This document shows positions 48,937-59,907 of a stretch of 64,000 nucleotides of DNA, in pieces. How positions within the stretch are numbered: position 1 is the stretch's first letter; each line of letters begins with the position of its first letter. Below the pieces are notes generated by a model. That model made no database searches and had not been told where the DNA came from. It saw nothing but the letters and a program-made list of their open reading frames with translations. Origin of the DNA: Abditibacteriota bacterium. Lineage in GTDB: Bacteria; Armatimonadota; UBA5829. The position numbers and the translations under genes are program-made. Where the stretch lies: the NCBI GenBank assembly GCA_017445025.1, contig JAFSVJ010000009.1, positions 1,536 to 65,535 on the forward strand. Reading direction: 5' to 3'.

Positions 48937-50361
48937 TTACAACTCTATCGCTGTGTCCGGAGCGGTAGCAGCTGAAGTAGGCTTAGGTTGGGTTGGTTTT
49001 GGCTTCGGCTGTGCCTTAGGCTCTACATTAACCTCTACTTTGTTATCACCGTCAGCTGCGGCTCTCGTGGTTCCTTTCTTCTGTTGTGTGGTTTTCTTTT
49101 CCGTAGTTGACTTTGGTTTTGGTCTTTGGTAAACACTTGTGGCAGAATAGTTGGCGGTCTTATTTCCGTTTCCGTCCACCACATATCTTGTTATCTTGGC
49201 ATAATATCCACCATTACCCACAGAACCGGCAACGGAGCAACTTTTCTTATCCGCAGAATTTCCCCAAATCTCCACATTTAACTTTCCTCTGTAAGCATTG
49301 GCAAATATAACAACAGGATTCTTACTATTGTTTTTAAATTGAAAGTCGGAACTGCCGTAAGATACCATGGCATCTCGTCCTAAGGGAACATATACAACCT
49401 TTAAAGAGTGACATCGCCTTTGAACTATTTCCATATTTGAGAGAAGGGCAGCATTAAAGACTGTTGAGGAAACCTGGCATATTCCACCTCCTAAACCTTC
49501 CACTTCCTGTCCATCTTGGAAAATAATAGCATTTTTAAATCCGTTTTGAGGAGTTCGAGGGCCCACAACTTTGTTAAAAGCAAAAACTTCTCCGGGCATT
49601 ATAATATGGGCATTGATTTTTCTGCAGGCAACGGAGAGGTTAGAACTTCTGTTTACCTTTCCTGTATTATAATTGGTATCATAGGAGCCTAAACGAGTAT
49701 CTATTTTCTTAAGGCTTTCCGTAGTTATTTTAGGCAAAGCTTCTTTGGTAGGAATGGTTACCTCGGTATATTTGTTGTTAAGTGCCTCAAGTATAAGCTC
49801 ATTTGCCACAGCTTTGTCTATGGTGACACCTGACTCAGAGGGAACTAAAAATATCTTTCCGTTATCTCTGTATAAAGAAGCGTTTTTTGCTTTTGTGCCT
49901 AATTTGGATTGAAGATTTGTAATATAATCAAGGATAATCTCATCGTTTCTGATTTCGTCAACAGTAATATTGTAAACACCCACACCGTTAATGGCTAAAA
50001 TGTCTTTAATGGGGTTTCCGGAACGACCATAACTGTAAGCCTTGTCAATGGCCCCTTCCACGTCATAGCTGTAACCCAATTCCTTATATGTGGGAGTATA
50101 GATTTTACTGCCAATTTTAACAGAGAGTTTTCTGTTTAAAAGGTTGTTAATATGGTCTTTTACAATAGCTTCGGTTTCGGTTTTAGACAATCCTCCGATA
50201 TCAGTGTTATCTATTTTAACACTTTTAACGATTTTTTCAGATTGCTGAAATCCGGAGCCGTCTTTGTAAGCATTTAAACACAGACCGGCTGAAACTCCCA
50301 GTGCCAGAATAAAAACTCCGAGAATTATTAAAAATACTTTCATGATTATATTCTTTTCCAT
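48937..50361 (-). CDS. VanW-family protein with N-terminal TM anchor and Pro/Thr/Lys-rich C-terminal tail
   Basis: GLGGGICQVSSTVFNAALLS matches the VanW GGGVCQVSTTLYNA motif. Confidence 0.75.
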   Translation of the reverse strand: MEKNIIMKVFLIILGVFILALGVSAGLCLNAYKDGSGFQQSEKIVKSVKIDNTDIGGLSKTETEAIVKDHINNLLNRKLSVKIGSKIYTPTYKELGYSYDVEGAIDKAYSYGRSGNPIKDILAINGVGVYNITVDEIRNDEIILDYITNLQSKLGTKAKNASLYRDNGKIFLVPSESGVTIDKAVANELILEALNNKYTEVTIPTKEALPKITTESLKKIDTRLGSYDTNYNTGKVNRSSNLSVACRKINAHIIMPGEVFAFNKVVGPRTPQNGFKNAIIFQDGQEVEGLGGGICQVSSTVFNAALLSNMEIVQRRCHSLKVVYVPLGRDAMVSYGSSDFQFKNNSKNPVVIFANAYRGKLNVEIWGNSADKKSCSVAGSVGNGGYYAKITRYVVDGNGNKTANYSATSVYQRPKPKSTTEKKTTQQKKGTTRAAADGDNKVEVNVEPKAQPKPKPTQPKPTSAATAPDTAIEL

Positions 50362-50384
50362 TTTAAAATCTTATTCAAACAAAT

Positions 50385-51803
50385 CTACACTTTGTGCCAG
50401 AGAGTCCCCTCTCTTGTATCCTCAAGGACAATTCCTTTCTCAAGAAGCTCCTGTCTTATCTCGTCAGCTCTCTTGAAATCCTTATTCTTTCTGGCAACTT
50501 TACGCTCATCTATCAGTTTTTGAACTTCATCTTCAAGACTTGCGGAACTTTCAGCAATTTCCTTAAATCCCAAGCCAAAAACCTCATCAAATTTGTAAAG
50601 TTCCTCTAAAATATTATATTCCTTAGTCTCTTGAGCCTTCTTTATCATTTCATTCATAACAGCCATAGCCACAGGCATATTCAAATCGTCAGAAATGGCG
50701 TCTTCAAACTTTTGGACATATTCAGCGACCCAAGATGGCTTCTCTCCCCCTATTTGGACCGCTCTTGATATAAAATCCCTTATGTTTTCGTAGGCATTCT
50801 TGGCAGCGGTCAAACTCTTGTTGGTAAAGGTGAGTTTACTTCTATAATGACTGGATACACACATCATTCTGTAATGAACAGGCAAAAATCCGTTGTCTAT
50901 AATAGTTTGAAGTCTTAAGAAATTACCTTCAGACTTACTCATCTTAACCTCTTCATCACTATCATCTTTTCCCACTACCAAAAAGGCACCATGGAGCCAA
51001 TATCTTACAAACTTTTTACCTGTGTAGCACTCGCTTTGAGCTATTTCGTTAGGGTGGTGAACCCAAATATGGTCTTCTCCACCTGTGTGAATATCAAAGG
51101 TTTCACCCAAATATTTAATACTCATGGCGGAACATTCAATATGCCAACCGGGAAAACCCTCTCCCCAAGGAGATGGCCATTTCATAATATGATTGGCAAA
51201 TCTTCCCTTTGCTTTAAACCAGATAGAAAAATCCTGAGGATGTTTCTTTTGAGGGTCCTCATTTACTTCGTCACGAGCGCCTACCACTTTATCGTCTAAT
51301 TTCTGACCTGAAAGCTGAGTGTAGGTAGGGAATTTGGTTATATCAAAATAAATAGCTTGATCTGTTTCATAAGCAAAACCATCCGCAAGAAGCTTTGCCA
51401 CCATCTTTTGCATATCTTCTATATGTTCCGTAGCTCTACATTTCACAGTTGGTAGGATTATATTTAATTTCTCTAAATCTTCAAAGAAAATCTTTTCATA
51501 ATGTCTTGCTATTTCATAGGGATCTATACCGGAGGATGCGGAAGCTTTTTGGAGCTTATCCTCTCCTTCATCATCGTCTCCCGTTAAATGTCCCACATCT
51601 GTCACGTTCATTACATGCTTAACATTATAACCAAAATAGGTCAAAACTCTCTTTAAAACATCTGCAAATATATATGAACGAAGATTACCTATATGAGCAT
51701 AATTATATACAGTGGGACCACAGCTGTAAATACCCACAAAATCTTTATTAAAAGGGGTAAATTCTTCTTTTTTCTTAGTTAACGTATTATAAAATTGTAT
51801 CAT
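50385..51803 (-). CDS. cysS: Cysteine-tRNA ligase
   Basis: [19 protein letters not shown] (HIGN) and KMSKSEGN (KMSKS) class I motifs. Confidence 0.93.
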   Translation of the reverse strand: MIQFYNTLTKKKEEFTPFNKDFVGIYSCGPTVYNYAHIGNLRSYIFADVLKRVLTYFGYNVKHVMNVTDVGHLTGDDDEGEDKLQKASASSGIDPYEIARHYEKIFFEDLEKLNIILPTVKCRATEHIEDMQKMVAKLLADGFAYETDQAIYFDITKFPTYTQLSGQKLDDKVVGARDEVNEDPQKKHPQDFSIWFKAKGRFANHIMKWPSPWGEGFPGWHIECSAMSIKYLGETFDIHTGGEDHIWVHHPNEIAQSECYTGKKFVRYWLHGAFLVVGKDDSDEEVKMSKSEGNFLRLQTIIDNGFLPVHYRMMCVSSHYRSKLTFTNKSLTAAKNAYENIRDFISRAVQIGGEKPSWVAEYVQKFEDAISDDLNMPVAMAVMNEMIKKAQETKEYNILEELYKFDEVFGLGFKEIAESSASLEDEVQKLIDERKVARKNKDFKRADEIRQELLEKGIVLEDTREGTLWHKV

Positions 51804-51882
51804 TTTTCATCCTTATTAATCCTATATCTAAACCTTCTTCACCCGGCCTTAACAAAGGCAACAGGGTTGTCTGCTTCCTGAT

Positions 51883-52515
51883 TTATTTCTCTAAATTATT
51901 TACTTTTTCTTCCAACTCTCTCACTTTATTACACAATAATTTGATAATATCTTCTTCCGGGTCTACGCCACAAGCTTGGGAAAGTCTGTCTGCTTCCACT
52001 TCTTCTTTCTTTTCTTTCTCAACCACTCTTCCGGGAACACCTACAACCACACTGTCCGAAGGAACATCCTTTAAAACCACAGAATTGGCACCTATACGAA
52101 CATTATCCCCTATGATAATGTTTCCTAAGACTTTGGCACCTGCTCCCACTACAACATTGTTTCCTAAAGTAGGATGTCGCTTGGTTTTAGAGAGGTTTAC
52201 ACCTCCTAAGGTGACATTGTGGTAAAGCAAACAGTTGTCCCCTATTTCTGCAGTTTCACCTATAACCACACCCATTCCGTGATCTATAAAGAAACCTTTC
52301 CCTATTTTTGCCCCGGGATGTATCTCAATTCCCGTGCAAAATCTGGCACATTGGCTAATCCACCTTGCCAAGGTAATACACTTGCATTTCCAAAGCTTAT
52401 GAGCTATTCTATACCAAAAAACCGCATGAATTGAAGGGTATAAACCAACCTCAAAAATACTCTTGGCGGCTGGATCATTTTTAAATACTACATTTATATC
52501 ATCTTTAAAAGACAT
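51883..52515 (-). CDS. cysE: Serine O-acetyltransferase
   Basis: Hexapeptide left-handed beta-helix [44 protein letters not shown]. Neighbours cysS. Confidence 0.85.
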   Translation of the reverse strand: MSFKDDINVVFKNDPAAKSIFEVGLYPSIHAVFWYRIAHKLWKCKCITLARWISQCARFCTGIEIHPGAKIGKGFFIDHGMGVVIGETAEIGDNCLLYHNVTLGGVNLSKTKRHPTLGNNVVVGAGAKVLGNIIIGDNVRIGANSVVLKDVPSDSVVVGVPGRVVEKEKKEEVEADRLSQACGVDPEEDIIKLLCNKVRELEEKVNNLEK

Positions 52516-52545
52516 ATCAAATCCATTATTATAATTTTAAGGAAA

Positions 52546-53256
52546 TTACCTCAAAAGTTTTTCAAATTCCTCGCACACTTTTATATAATCTTCGGAAGTG
52601 TCCACCCCTAAGGGCTTTTCCTTAACTTCCAACATCTTTATCTCATATCCGTTTTCCAAAACTCGAAGTTGTTCTAAGGACTCACACTTTTCATATGGAG
52701 TTTTAGTCATTGCACCATACTTTAAGAGAAATTCCTTTGTATATCCGTAAACTCCTATATGTCCATAAAAAGAGCCTTCAAGAGGATTTCTCTCAAAAGG
52801 TAATTTTGCCCTTGAAAAATAAAGAGCATTGTTATTCTTGTCGCAAATGACTTTTACCAAATTGGGATTTTCAGCATCCTTAGGAGAGATTTTCACCATA
52901 AGAGATGCCATAGGAGCCTCATCAAGCGCATCTTCCAATCTATTTATACAATCTATATTAATTAAAGGCTCATCTCCTTGAATGTTGATAACCTTATCCG
53001 TATCTATATTTTGGACCGCTTCAATAATCCTGTCTGTTCCGCAAACATGGTCCTTTCTTGTCATTATAACCTTTCCGCCAAAGCCTTCCACTACTTCATA
53101 TATTTCCTCATCACAAGTGGCAACATATACATCCAAACCTGATTTTAAAGCATTTTCATAAACTCTCTCTATCATAGGCTTTCCGCATATATCAAGGAGA
53201 GCCTTTCGAGGAAGTCTGGTAGAACCCAATCGAATAGGTATTACAATAATTGACAT
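52546..53256 (-). CDS. kdsB: 3-deoxy-manno-octulosonate cytidylyltransferase (CMP-Kdo synthetase)
   Basis: IVIPIRLGSTRLPRKALLDICGKPMIERVYENA corresponds to the KdsB N-terminal motif. Confidence 0.8.
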   Translation of the reverse strand: MSIIVIPIRLGSTRLPRKALLDICGKPMIERVYENALKSGLDVYVATCDEEIYEVVEGFGGKVIMTRKDHVCGTDRIIEAVQNIDTDKVINIQGDEPLINIDCINRLEDALDEAPMASLMVKISPKDAENPNLVKVICDKNNNALYFSRAKLPFERNPLEGSFYGHIGVYGYTKEFLLKYGAMTKTPYEKCESLEQLRVLENGYEIKMLEVKEKPLGVDTSEDYIKVCEEFEKLLR

Positions 53257-53258
53257 TT

Positions 53259-54335
53259 TTATTTAACCTTAATATAACTGTTTACCGGGACGGATTTCAC
53301 ATAACCATTTATTTCCATCATCATAAGAGTTGAAGTGATGTCCTTCATATCCATTCCGGATTTTTCTACAAGAGTATCAACGCTTATAGGATCAAACTCC
53401 AAAAGCTCGTAAAGAGTCATTTCCTTTTCGCTAAGCAAAAGATTTAAAGTGTTCTCTTCCGGAGTCAGAGGCAAATTTAATTCCAAAAGAATATCTTCCG
53501 CATCCTCCACCATCAAAGCACCGTCTTTTATGAGTTTTAGACAACCGGAAGACTTTTTCTCCGTAATGTTTCCCGGAATCGCATAGACACCTCGTCCCTG
53601 TTCTAAAGCACAATTAGCAGTAATGAGAGAACCGCTGTGAATAGGAGCTTGACAGACCAAAACTCCGTCACTCAAGCCGGAAATTAATCTGTTGCGGACA
53701 GGAAATCTAAAGGGTTGAGGTTGAGAACCTAAAGGAGCCTCACTGATTATGGCACCACCTTTTGAAATAATCTCATCATAAAGAGTTGCATTGGATGCGG
53801 GATAAGGCACATCTATCCCGCTACCCAAAACTGCCACAGTCTTACCTCCACAGTCAAGGGTAGTTCTATGGGCCACAGAGTCTATACCATAGGCACCACC
53901 GCTTACTATAACCAGTCCGTGACGAACTAAGCCCCGAGTCACCAATTCGCAGGCGGTTTTTCCGTAAAGGGTACAATTTCTGCTCCCCACCACTCCTATG
54001 AAAATATCGTCATCGGAAGGTATAGTGCCTCGAACATAAAGGATAACGGGAGGGTCATATATTTGGGTCAGCCTTTTGGGATAATTATCGTCCCAAAAAG
54101 ATATGAGATTAATACCAAGCTCTTCACACTTTGCCATATCGGAAGAGAGATCCGCATTTTTGTAAAAGTCAAAAGCTTGCGTTTCTTTGGTATTAAATTG
54201 AAAAGCGATTAAATCATTTTTATTTAAAGAAAAAAACTCTTCTGCCGAACCAAGATTTGAGCATATTGCCTGTTTTGCCTTAGGATTTAGCTCTATTCTG
54301 GCTATACGCAAAAGAGTTAATAAATTATCTTTCAT
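53259..54335 (-). CDS. dprA: DNA processing protein DprA/Smf
   Basis: GVVGSRNCTLYGKTACELVTRGL...VSGGAYGIDSVAHR...VLGSGID Rossmann-like DprA core. Confidence 0.88.
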   Translation of the reverse strand: MKDNLLTLLRIARIELNPKAKQAICSNLGSAEEFFSLNKNDLIAFQFNTKETQAFDFYKNADLSSDMAKCEELGINLISFWDDNYPKRLTQIYDPPVILYVRGTIPSDDDIFIGVVGSRNCTLYGKTACELVTRGLVRHGLVIVSGGAYGIDSVAHRTTLDCGGKTVAVLGSGIDVPYPASNATLYDEIISKGGAIISEAPLGSQPQPFRFPVRNRLISGLSDGVLVCQAPIHSGSLITANCALEQGRGVYAIPGNITEKKSSGCLKLIKDGALMVEDAEDILLELNLPLTPEENTLNLLLSEKEMTLYELLEFDPISVDTLVEKSGMDMKDITSTLMMMEINGYVKSVPVNSYIKVK

Positions 54336-54339
54336 ATAT

Positions 54340-56813
54340 TTACCATACAGGAGGTGCAGGTGGCTTTATTTCCTCATCACCTATATCATTATAAGGATTG
54401 CTTTTCTTTCTTTGCTTTGGAGTATCTTCCTTTATGATAACGTCCGGGTCGTAATCAACTATGTGATACTCACCGTTTTCGTCGTAATAACTCCCTCGCT
54501 TATCGGCAGGCATACCTTGGAAATCCTTATCTCCCGAATTATTGTTATCTTTATTGTTATTATTTAATTCAGATGAGGAATTGTTGTCACCTTGGGCATC
54601 GGAAAGGTCACCTACATTATTTTTTTTTTATCTCCTTGATTAACTCCTACAACTCCACCGGTTTTACCGGTAGAAGAAGCAACATTTGTGCCGGCTGAAC
54701 CCTCTTTAGAACCGGAAGAAGCTGACTTATCTAAAATTGAAACTACCCCGTTAATAAAATCAATGGGATCTATTTCAAGGAGTTTTCCTGTTTTAACATC
54801 AAAATAGGAACTGCCTGGAGCTTGTTCTTCCTTGTAAGCCACGGAAGCGTCTATCTTAAAGGACCACTTCTTGGTTAACACATTTCCTGCGTAGTCTTCA
54901 AGAGTAAACACACATTTCATATCGCCGTCAGGGAAGGGGTTAACGGTGGCTCCGTCCTTTTCGCCTCTAATATAACCATAGAAAGATTGGTTTACAGGGT
55001 CATAAATGAGATAAGGTATATATTCTTTTCCTTTTGCGTCTGTGGCAACTAAATTAGCTGTTCTAAATTTAATACCACTTCCTTTATCAAATACAAATAC
55101 CTTCACAAGAATGTCACCTACAGCGGAAACTGTCTTGTTTGTATCGTTAGAACCGGGGGCAAATTCAAAGGTGTAAGGCACTTGATTGTCCACTGTTATA
55201 AATGAGCGAACTCTGTAGTGTCCATCGTTGGTAATGTAGCCTAAGTAGCCGTTTCCGTAGAAAGGTTTAGACATAATCTCGCTGGGAACAAATTCTCTTG
55301 AAGGGTCGTTATAGAACTTATCAAGGTCTACATCATACATATCACCATTTTGAGTTAAAACATTAACATAGGTAATAGGTTTGGTTGTTCCGGTCATTCC
55401 CATTCCACCGGGGTTCATACCACCCGGGTTCATGGGATTCATACCACCACCGGGTCCCATACCGGGTCCCATTCCTGGGCCCATTCCGGGTCCCATACCG
55501 GGTCCCATACCACCGGGAGGAAAAGGTACTTGGGCAATTAACTTTTCGCCTTCAAAGGTTATGGATGATGAAAGGTAACTGTCCAAACTTTCGGTTCTTC
55601 TTCCAACAAAACCGGGACCGCCACCGAAGCCTCCGCCTCCGAAGCCGCCACGGCCACCTCTGCCACCTCTGCCACCTACAGCACCGCCGCCCATACCACC
55701 GGTGCCTCCACCGGTCATAACTTGTTGCTTAACGGTTATATCGTTGGTTGCAAGACCCGGAACTGATGTGGTAACACCACCGGCAGTATACATACCGGAT
55801 TCAAATTGCCATACAAGGTCCATGGTGCCTAAATCGTAGGTGGAAATGAGGCCTTCACCATCTTGGATAATTATGTTGTCATCACTTATGGCAACAAAAT
55901 TGCTAACCACATTGGGAGTTCTGAAAGGCTCGCCTTCTACAGTTAACTTGTTGTCAAGTTTTAGTTTGTAAATATTGGTATCAATACAAGCCACATAGAT
56001 GTTCTTTCCGTTAGTAATGGCTGATGTGGCTATAGGTGAAAACTTCTTTCTTGTAATTTCTTTTCCCGTTGAGAGCTTGTAAAGAATAACATGCTCCCCT
56101 GAGGTGAGAATGATATAGTCATCAAATATAACGGGACTGAAACCTTGAGATGTGGCGGGAATTGAGAGAGAATATTTTTGCTTTTCGGGCTTTGTAAGGT
56201 CGTGACAGATCAATTTGTTATCATAAGCGGTCACTACCAAATAATTGTCTTTGATGAGCAAGTTATTTTTGGCGGAAGAGCTTTTGTAAACAATGGGATT
56301 AGCTACTTCTTCACCTGTGGCAGGGTTAATTCTGTGAACTTTTTTGTCATCAAGAGCAATATACATAACACCATCATGAACCTTAAATATGGGGTTAAGA
56401 GTCTGCTCAATGTTCTTTCTCCACAGAATTTTACCGGTTAACTCGTCAAGACAGAAAAGAGTTTTGAGAGTGGTAAAGTAAACGTTACCATTATAACTGA
56501 TAGCTGTGGAAGTAATGCTTTCGTCAATGGCCTTGTCCTTTGGGTATTTCCAAAGTTCCATACCGGACTTATCGTAAGCATAGATTCTGTCAGCAGCCAC
56601 GAGAACGGCAACTTTATCCGTAATGATAGACTGAACATCACTGGAATGAATGAGCTCTACTTTTACGTCAAAAGCTTTCATAAAGGGCTTTGACAGGTCT
56701 TCATTATAGTAATAAGTTCCTGCATTATTTCCGCCTGAAAGGAAACCATCAGAATATGCAAAAGCACAGGTAACACAAACAAGCACCAAAATCAACAAAA
56801 ATTTGATTCTCAT
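54340..56813 (-). pseudogene. Secreted BamB-like (PQQ beta-propeller) protein with long Gly/Arg-rich and PGMG-repeat low-complexity linker; C-terminal region out of frame because of a T10 homopolymer (54620-54629)
   Basis: Signal peptide MRIKFLLILVLVCVTCAFA. The annotated frame stops at 54612 (..GDKKKIM*). The +1 frame continues stop-free for 96 codons to 54340, 5 bp before dprA. Confidence 0.6.
55425..55510 (-). repeat. 15-bp tandem repeat (ggtcccataccgggt-like, about 5 units) encoding (PGMG)n
   Basis: cccataccgggtcccattcctgggcccattccgggtcccataccgggtcccatacc lies within the Gly-rich protein gene. Confidence 0.75.
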
Positions 56814-57084
56814 ATAATATCCTCCAAAAAGAAGCTGACTTACACTTATACACTTATATTATAACACATTTAAAGATTTTTTACAATTTTAAATGCTATA
56901 AAAATATATATTTTATAAACTTTTTTAAAAAAAAGAGATTTTTGAGATATTTATGATTTATTTATCAAAAAAATGTATATCTTAAAAATCGGAAAAGAAA
57001 AAAGCACTCAAAGAGTGCTTTATATATGAGGTGTTCATCTCAAAATTTGTTAAACTGTTGCAGTGCATAAAGGGAGAGGGAGGC

Positions 57085-57480
57085 TGATATACTTGAGTAG
57101 CTCTGTTAAATTATTACGTTTCTATCGTAAAATTCACAGTTTTGCAAATTTTACTCCTGACCACCCACCACAATCCAAATCCCTAGAAGTCTTATATCCA
57201 TCCCCCCGTCATCTCTCCGAGATGCCACCCCCCAAGCTGTCGCTTAGGGGGACAGACTTTTTGGGGTCTAGTCAAAAATCTTTAATGGTAAAGATTTTTG
57301 CCGTCGGTCACCGAAAAATCATAGATTTTCCGGCTCTTGCTAAAAACGACAAGCAGTTGTCGTTTTTACAAAAAAGCGATGCTTTTTTGCCGCAATTCAA
57401 CCTTGGATATGGCTATCGCCTTGTGGTCCCCTTCCACATTACCGTTCCCCGTGGATTAGGGGACAATTACATCTCAAAGA
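57085..57480. repeat. Large reverse-orientation copy of the mosaic intergenic repeat
   Basis: Contains the core ...cgtaaaattcacagttttgcaaattttactcctgaccacccacc, the ccaccccccaagctgtcgcttagggggacag module, gccgcaattcaacc, and ccgttccccgtggattaggggac. Generates the spurious ORF 57063-57485. Confidence 0.8.
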
Positions 57481-59890
57481 GATAGAAATCTAAGGAGTCG
57501 ACTTTTATTTTATCATATTCTTTTCCTGTGAGAAGATCTTTAGCTGTTTTTGGGAAGGATATGTCAATGGGTTTTCTGTCATAATTCATAACATAGAAAT
57601 AAGTTTTTCCGTCAAAGGAATAGCTTCGGCTCTCAAGTCCCCATTTGTTAAATCTTATTTCACTCTTGCAACCATATTTATCAATACTGTTCTTTAAACT
57701 TCCAAAAAGGCTCTTACCGGTGGCTGAGGTTTTAAACTTAACCACATTGACATCTTTTAAAGCTTCCATAGCTTCTTTTGAAACATCAGCATCATCCATT
57801 ATGGCGATAAATTTATATTCTTTGGCTTTACCTTTCTCTATCATTTTGTTTGTGATAAAGTCGAAGTTAACGCCTGTAAAGTCGGCGGCTGTGTAGAGTT
57901 TTTGCATTTCACTTCCGCCGTAGAATATGGCAAATTCTCCTTTTTGTTTAGCAAAAGGAACTACCTTATCCGCAACTCTGTTTACATCCATATGAGCCTT
58001 GGCGGCGGCATAAACTGCCATAGGTTGAGCGCTGAAAGGATTGGCTGTATTTTCTATATCTCTGCCCCACACCCAAATAGCGTTAAGATCTTTACCTCTG
58101 ACAAAGTTGTTCCACATAACAAATTCCATCTTCTTTTTAGAGAAGTTGGGTTTTCCGAAAGGAATAACGTGGTATTCGCCATCTTGGATAATCTTATTTG
58201 GGTCAAAGGAGCGATAGCTGTCAAGATTGATACATTGTTGCCATAAATTATATGCAAACTCTCCGTCGTCATCGGTCCAGTGGTTGACTTGATCCATTCC
58301 GTTGGCGGAAAGTATCTCGGATATATTCTCTCTGTCACCACCTAAAACTTCACCAAATCCTATAACTTTTGTGAAAATTATATGGTCTTTGTCATATTTT
58401 TCCACTTCTGCTCTATACCATTTCAAAAACTCTTCCGTATTATATTTTGTAAATTTTGACTCGGCAGTCCAAGGATCCTTTGGGTGCTCTCCCATAACCT
58501 TAACAAAGCTTTCATAGGAAAAGTCCGGTAGCATGTCATACCAAAATTCGTTTATAAGGTCATAACCTATAAAATTCGGAAAGTCTTTAATGGCGGGGAC
58601 TAAAGTTGCTATATAATCTGCCATATATTCTCTAAATCCCTCTGACTGAACATTAAAAGGCATAAACACATTAGCTATTCTTCTTGCGGAATTTCTGTCC
58701 ATATCGGGATACTTTTCAAAAGCTTCACCACCTGCATAGTGTGGAGAAAGCAAAATCGTCACAGCCAAATTGTTCTCTCTTAAGGCTTCAAAATTAGCTT
58801 TTGTGCCTCTGATTGCCTCAGGCTCTTTATATGCGTAAGTGGGGAATTCGGGAGCGTAATAGTTAAACCCTAAATCTCTCATTATCTTGAAATCATTGGG
58901 GCCGCCCCAACCGTTATAACCCGTCAGAAATACAGGTCTAAGGCCGTCATAGCAAACTCCGTCTATTATTTTAATGTTATTCATGTTAGGGGAAACATAT
59001 TCAACATAATTCTTTAGATCTTGCTCTATGGCATCCAATCTTGCGATATTCTCATCGGCAATTTTTATTAAATCTTCAAGTTGTGTATATGCTCTGTTAA
59101 GATGACCTTCTTGCTCTTCGGATTTATTATAACCTAAGAAAAGGTCAATACAGGTCAAAGCTGAAAGTTCATATTTACAAGTCAAGCCTTTTGCTATTTG
59201 AGCGTCTAACTTTTCCTTTAATATATCTCTCTTTTTTTCCGCAGTCTCTCTTAAAGCACTGATCTCTTCATGAGTTTTTTGAGGGAAATACTGCCCTTCA
59301 CTATATACAAAATTAATGGGACCTATATAGGCAGAATATTTTCCGCCGTTAACCCATTCGGCAGCACCTTCCTGAGTTCCTATAAAAATGCTTTTAACAT
59401 CTTCAATACCCTTAGCACCATAAGCAAAAGGAGTCATTTCCTTAGGTTTTAAAGAAATACCGTTCCATTGACAGTCATTTATATTAAAATATGGAAAAGA
59501 TACTACTCTGTTTCCTTTGGAATCCTCAATACCTATATACATTTTAAACTGCCTTAAAACTCCCGGGTGCACATCCTTGTGAGCGTTTGGATAAAATTGA
59601 AAATAAATCTGCTCGGGAAGGGGCATATTTATATTATTCTTTACCAAACCCACAACAGAATTTCTGTATTTATCAATGGTAAATTCCCATAAAAGAGAAT
59701 GTTTCGAATAATATGTAAAGTCACTAACGGATAACTTTCCCTTGGAAATGTAGGTCCAGTCCGCAACCTTAGAGCAGTCGTCTATGGTGACAATATCTCT
59801 ACCGCTCATAGGATCTGTGTTGTAGTTTACGTTTTGAGCAAATAATCCTCCGCAAATGAGAATTAATGCTAAAATAAACATTACTTTCAT
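57467..59890 (-). CDS. Secreted protein, paralogue of 61658->64000; putative TIM-barrel glycoside hydrolase
   Basis: Signal peptide MKVMFILALILICGGLFA. Shares N- and C-terminal blocks with the downstream paralogue (…DLLTGKEYDKIKVDSLDFYLFEM vs …DLLTGETYTKITLKPLDFYIMKY). Family not recognised. Confidence 0.5.
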   Translation of the reverse strand: MKVMFILALILICGGLFAQNVNYNTDPMSGRDIVTIDDCSKVADWTYISKGKLSVSDFTYYSKHSLLWEFTIDKYRNSVVGLVKNNINMPLPEQIYFQFYPNAHKDVHPGVLRQFKMYIGIEDSKGNRVVSFPYFNINDCQWNGISLKPKEMTPFAYGAKGIEDVKSIFIGTQEGAAEWVNGGKYSAYIGPINFVYSEGQYFPQKTHEEISALRETAEKKRDILKEKLDAQIAKGLTCKYELSALTCIDLFLGYNKSEEQEGHLNRAYTQLEDLIKIADENIARLDAIEQDLKNYVEYVSPNMNNIKIIDGVCYDGLRPVFLTGYNGWGGPNDFKIMRDLGFNYYAPEFPTYAYKEPEAIRGTKANFEALRENNLAVTILLSPHYAGGEAFEKYPDMDRNSARRIANVFMPFNVQSEGFREYMADYIATLVPAIKDFPNFIGYDLINEFWYDMLPDFSYESFVKVMGEHPKDPWTAESKFTKYNTEEFLKWYRAEVEKYDKDHIIFTKVIGFGEVLGGDRENISEILSANGMDQVNHWTDDDGEFAYNLWQQCINLDSYRSFDPNKIIQDGEYHVIPFGKPNFSKKKMEFVMWNNFVRGKDLNAIWVWGRDIENTANPFSAQPMAVYAAAKAHMDVNRVADKVVPFAKQKGEFAIFYGGSEMQKLYTAADFTGVNFDFITNKMIEKGKAKEYKFIAIMDDADVSKEAMEALKDVNVVKFKTSATGKSLFGSLKNSIDKYGCKSEIRFNKWGLESRSYSFDGKTYFYVMNYDRKPIDISFPKTAKDLLTGKEYDKIKVDSLDFYLFEM

Positions 59891-59907
59891 TTTAAATCTC
59901 CTATAAT

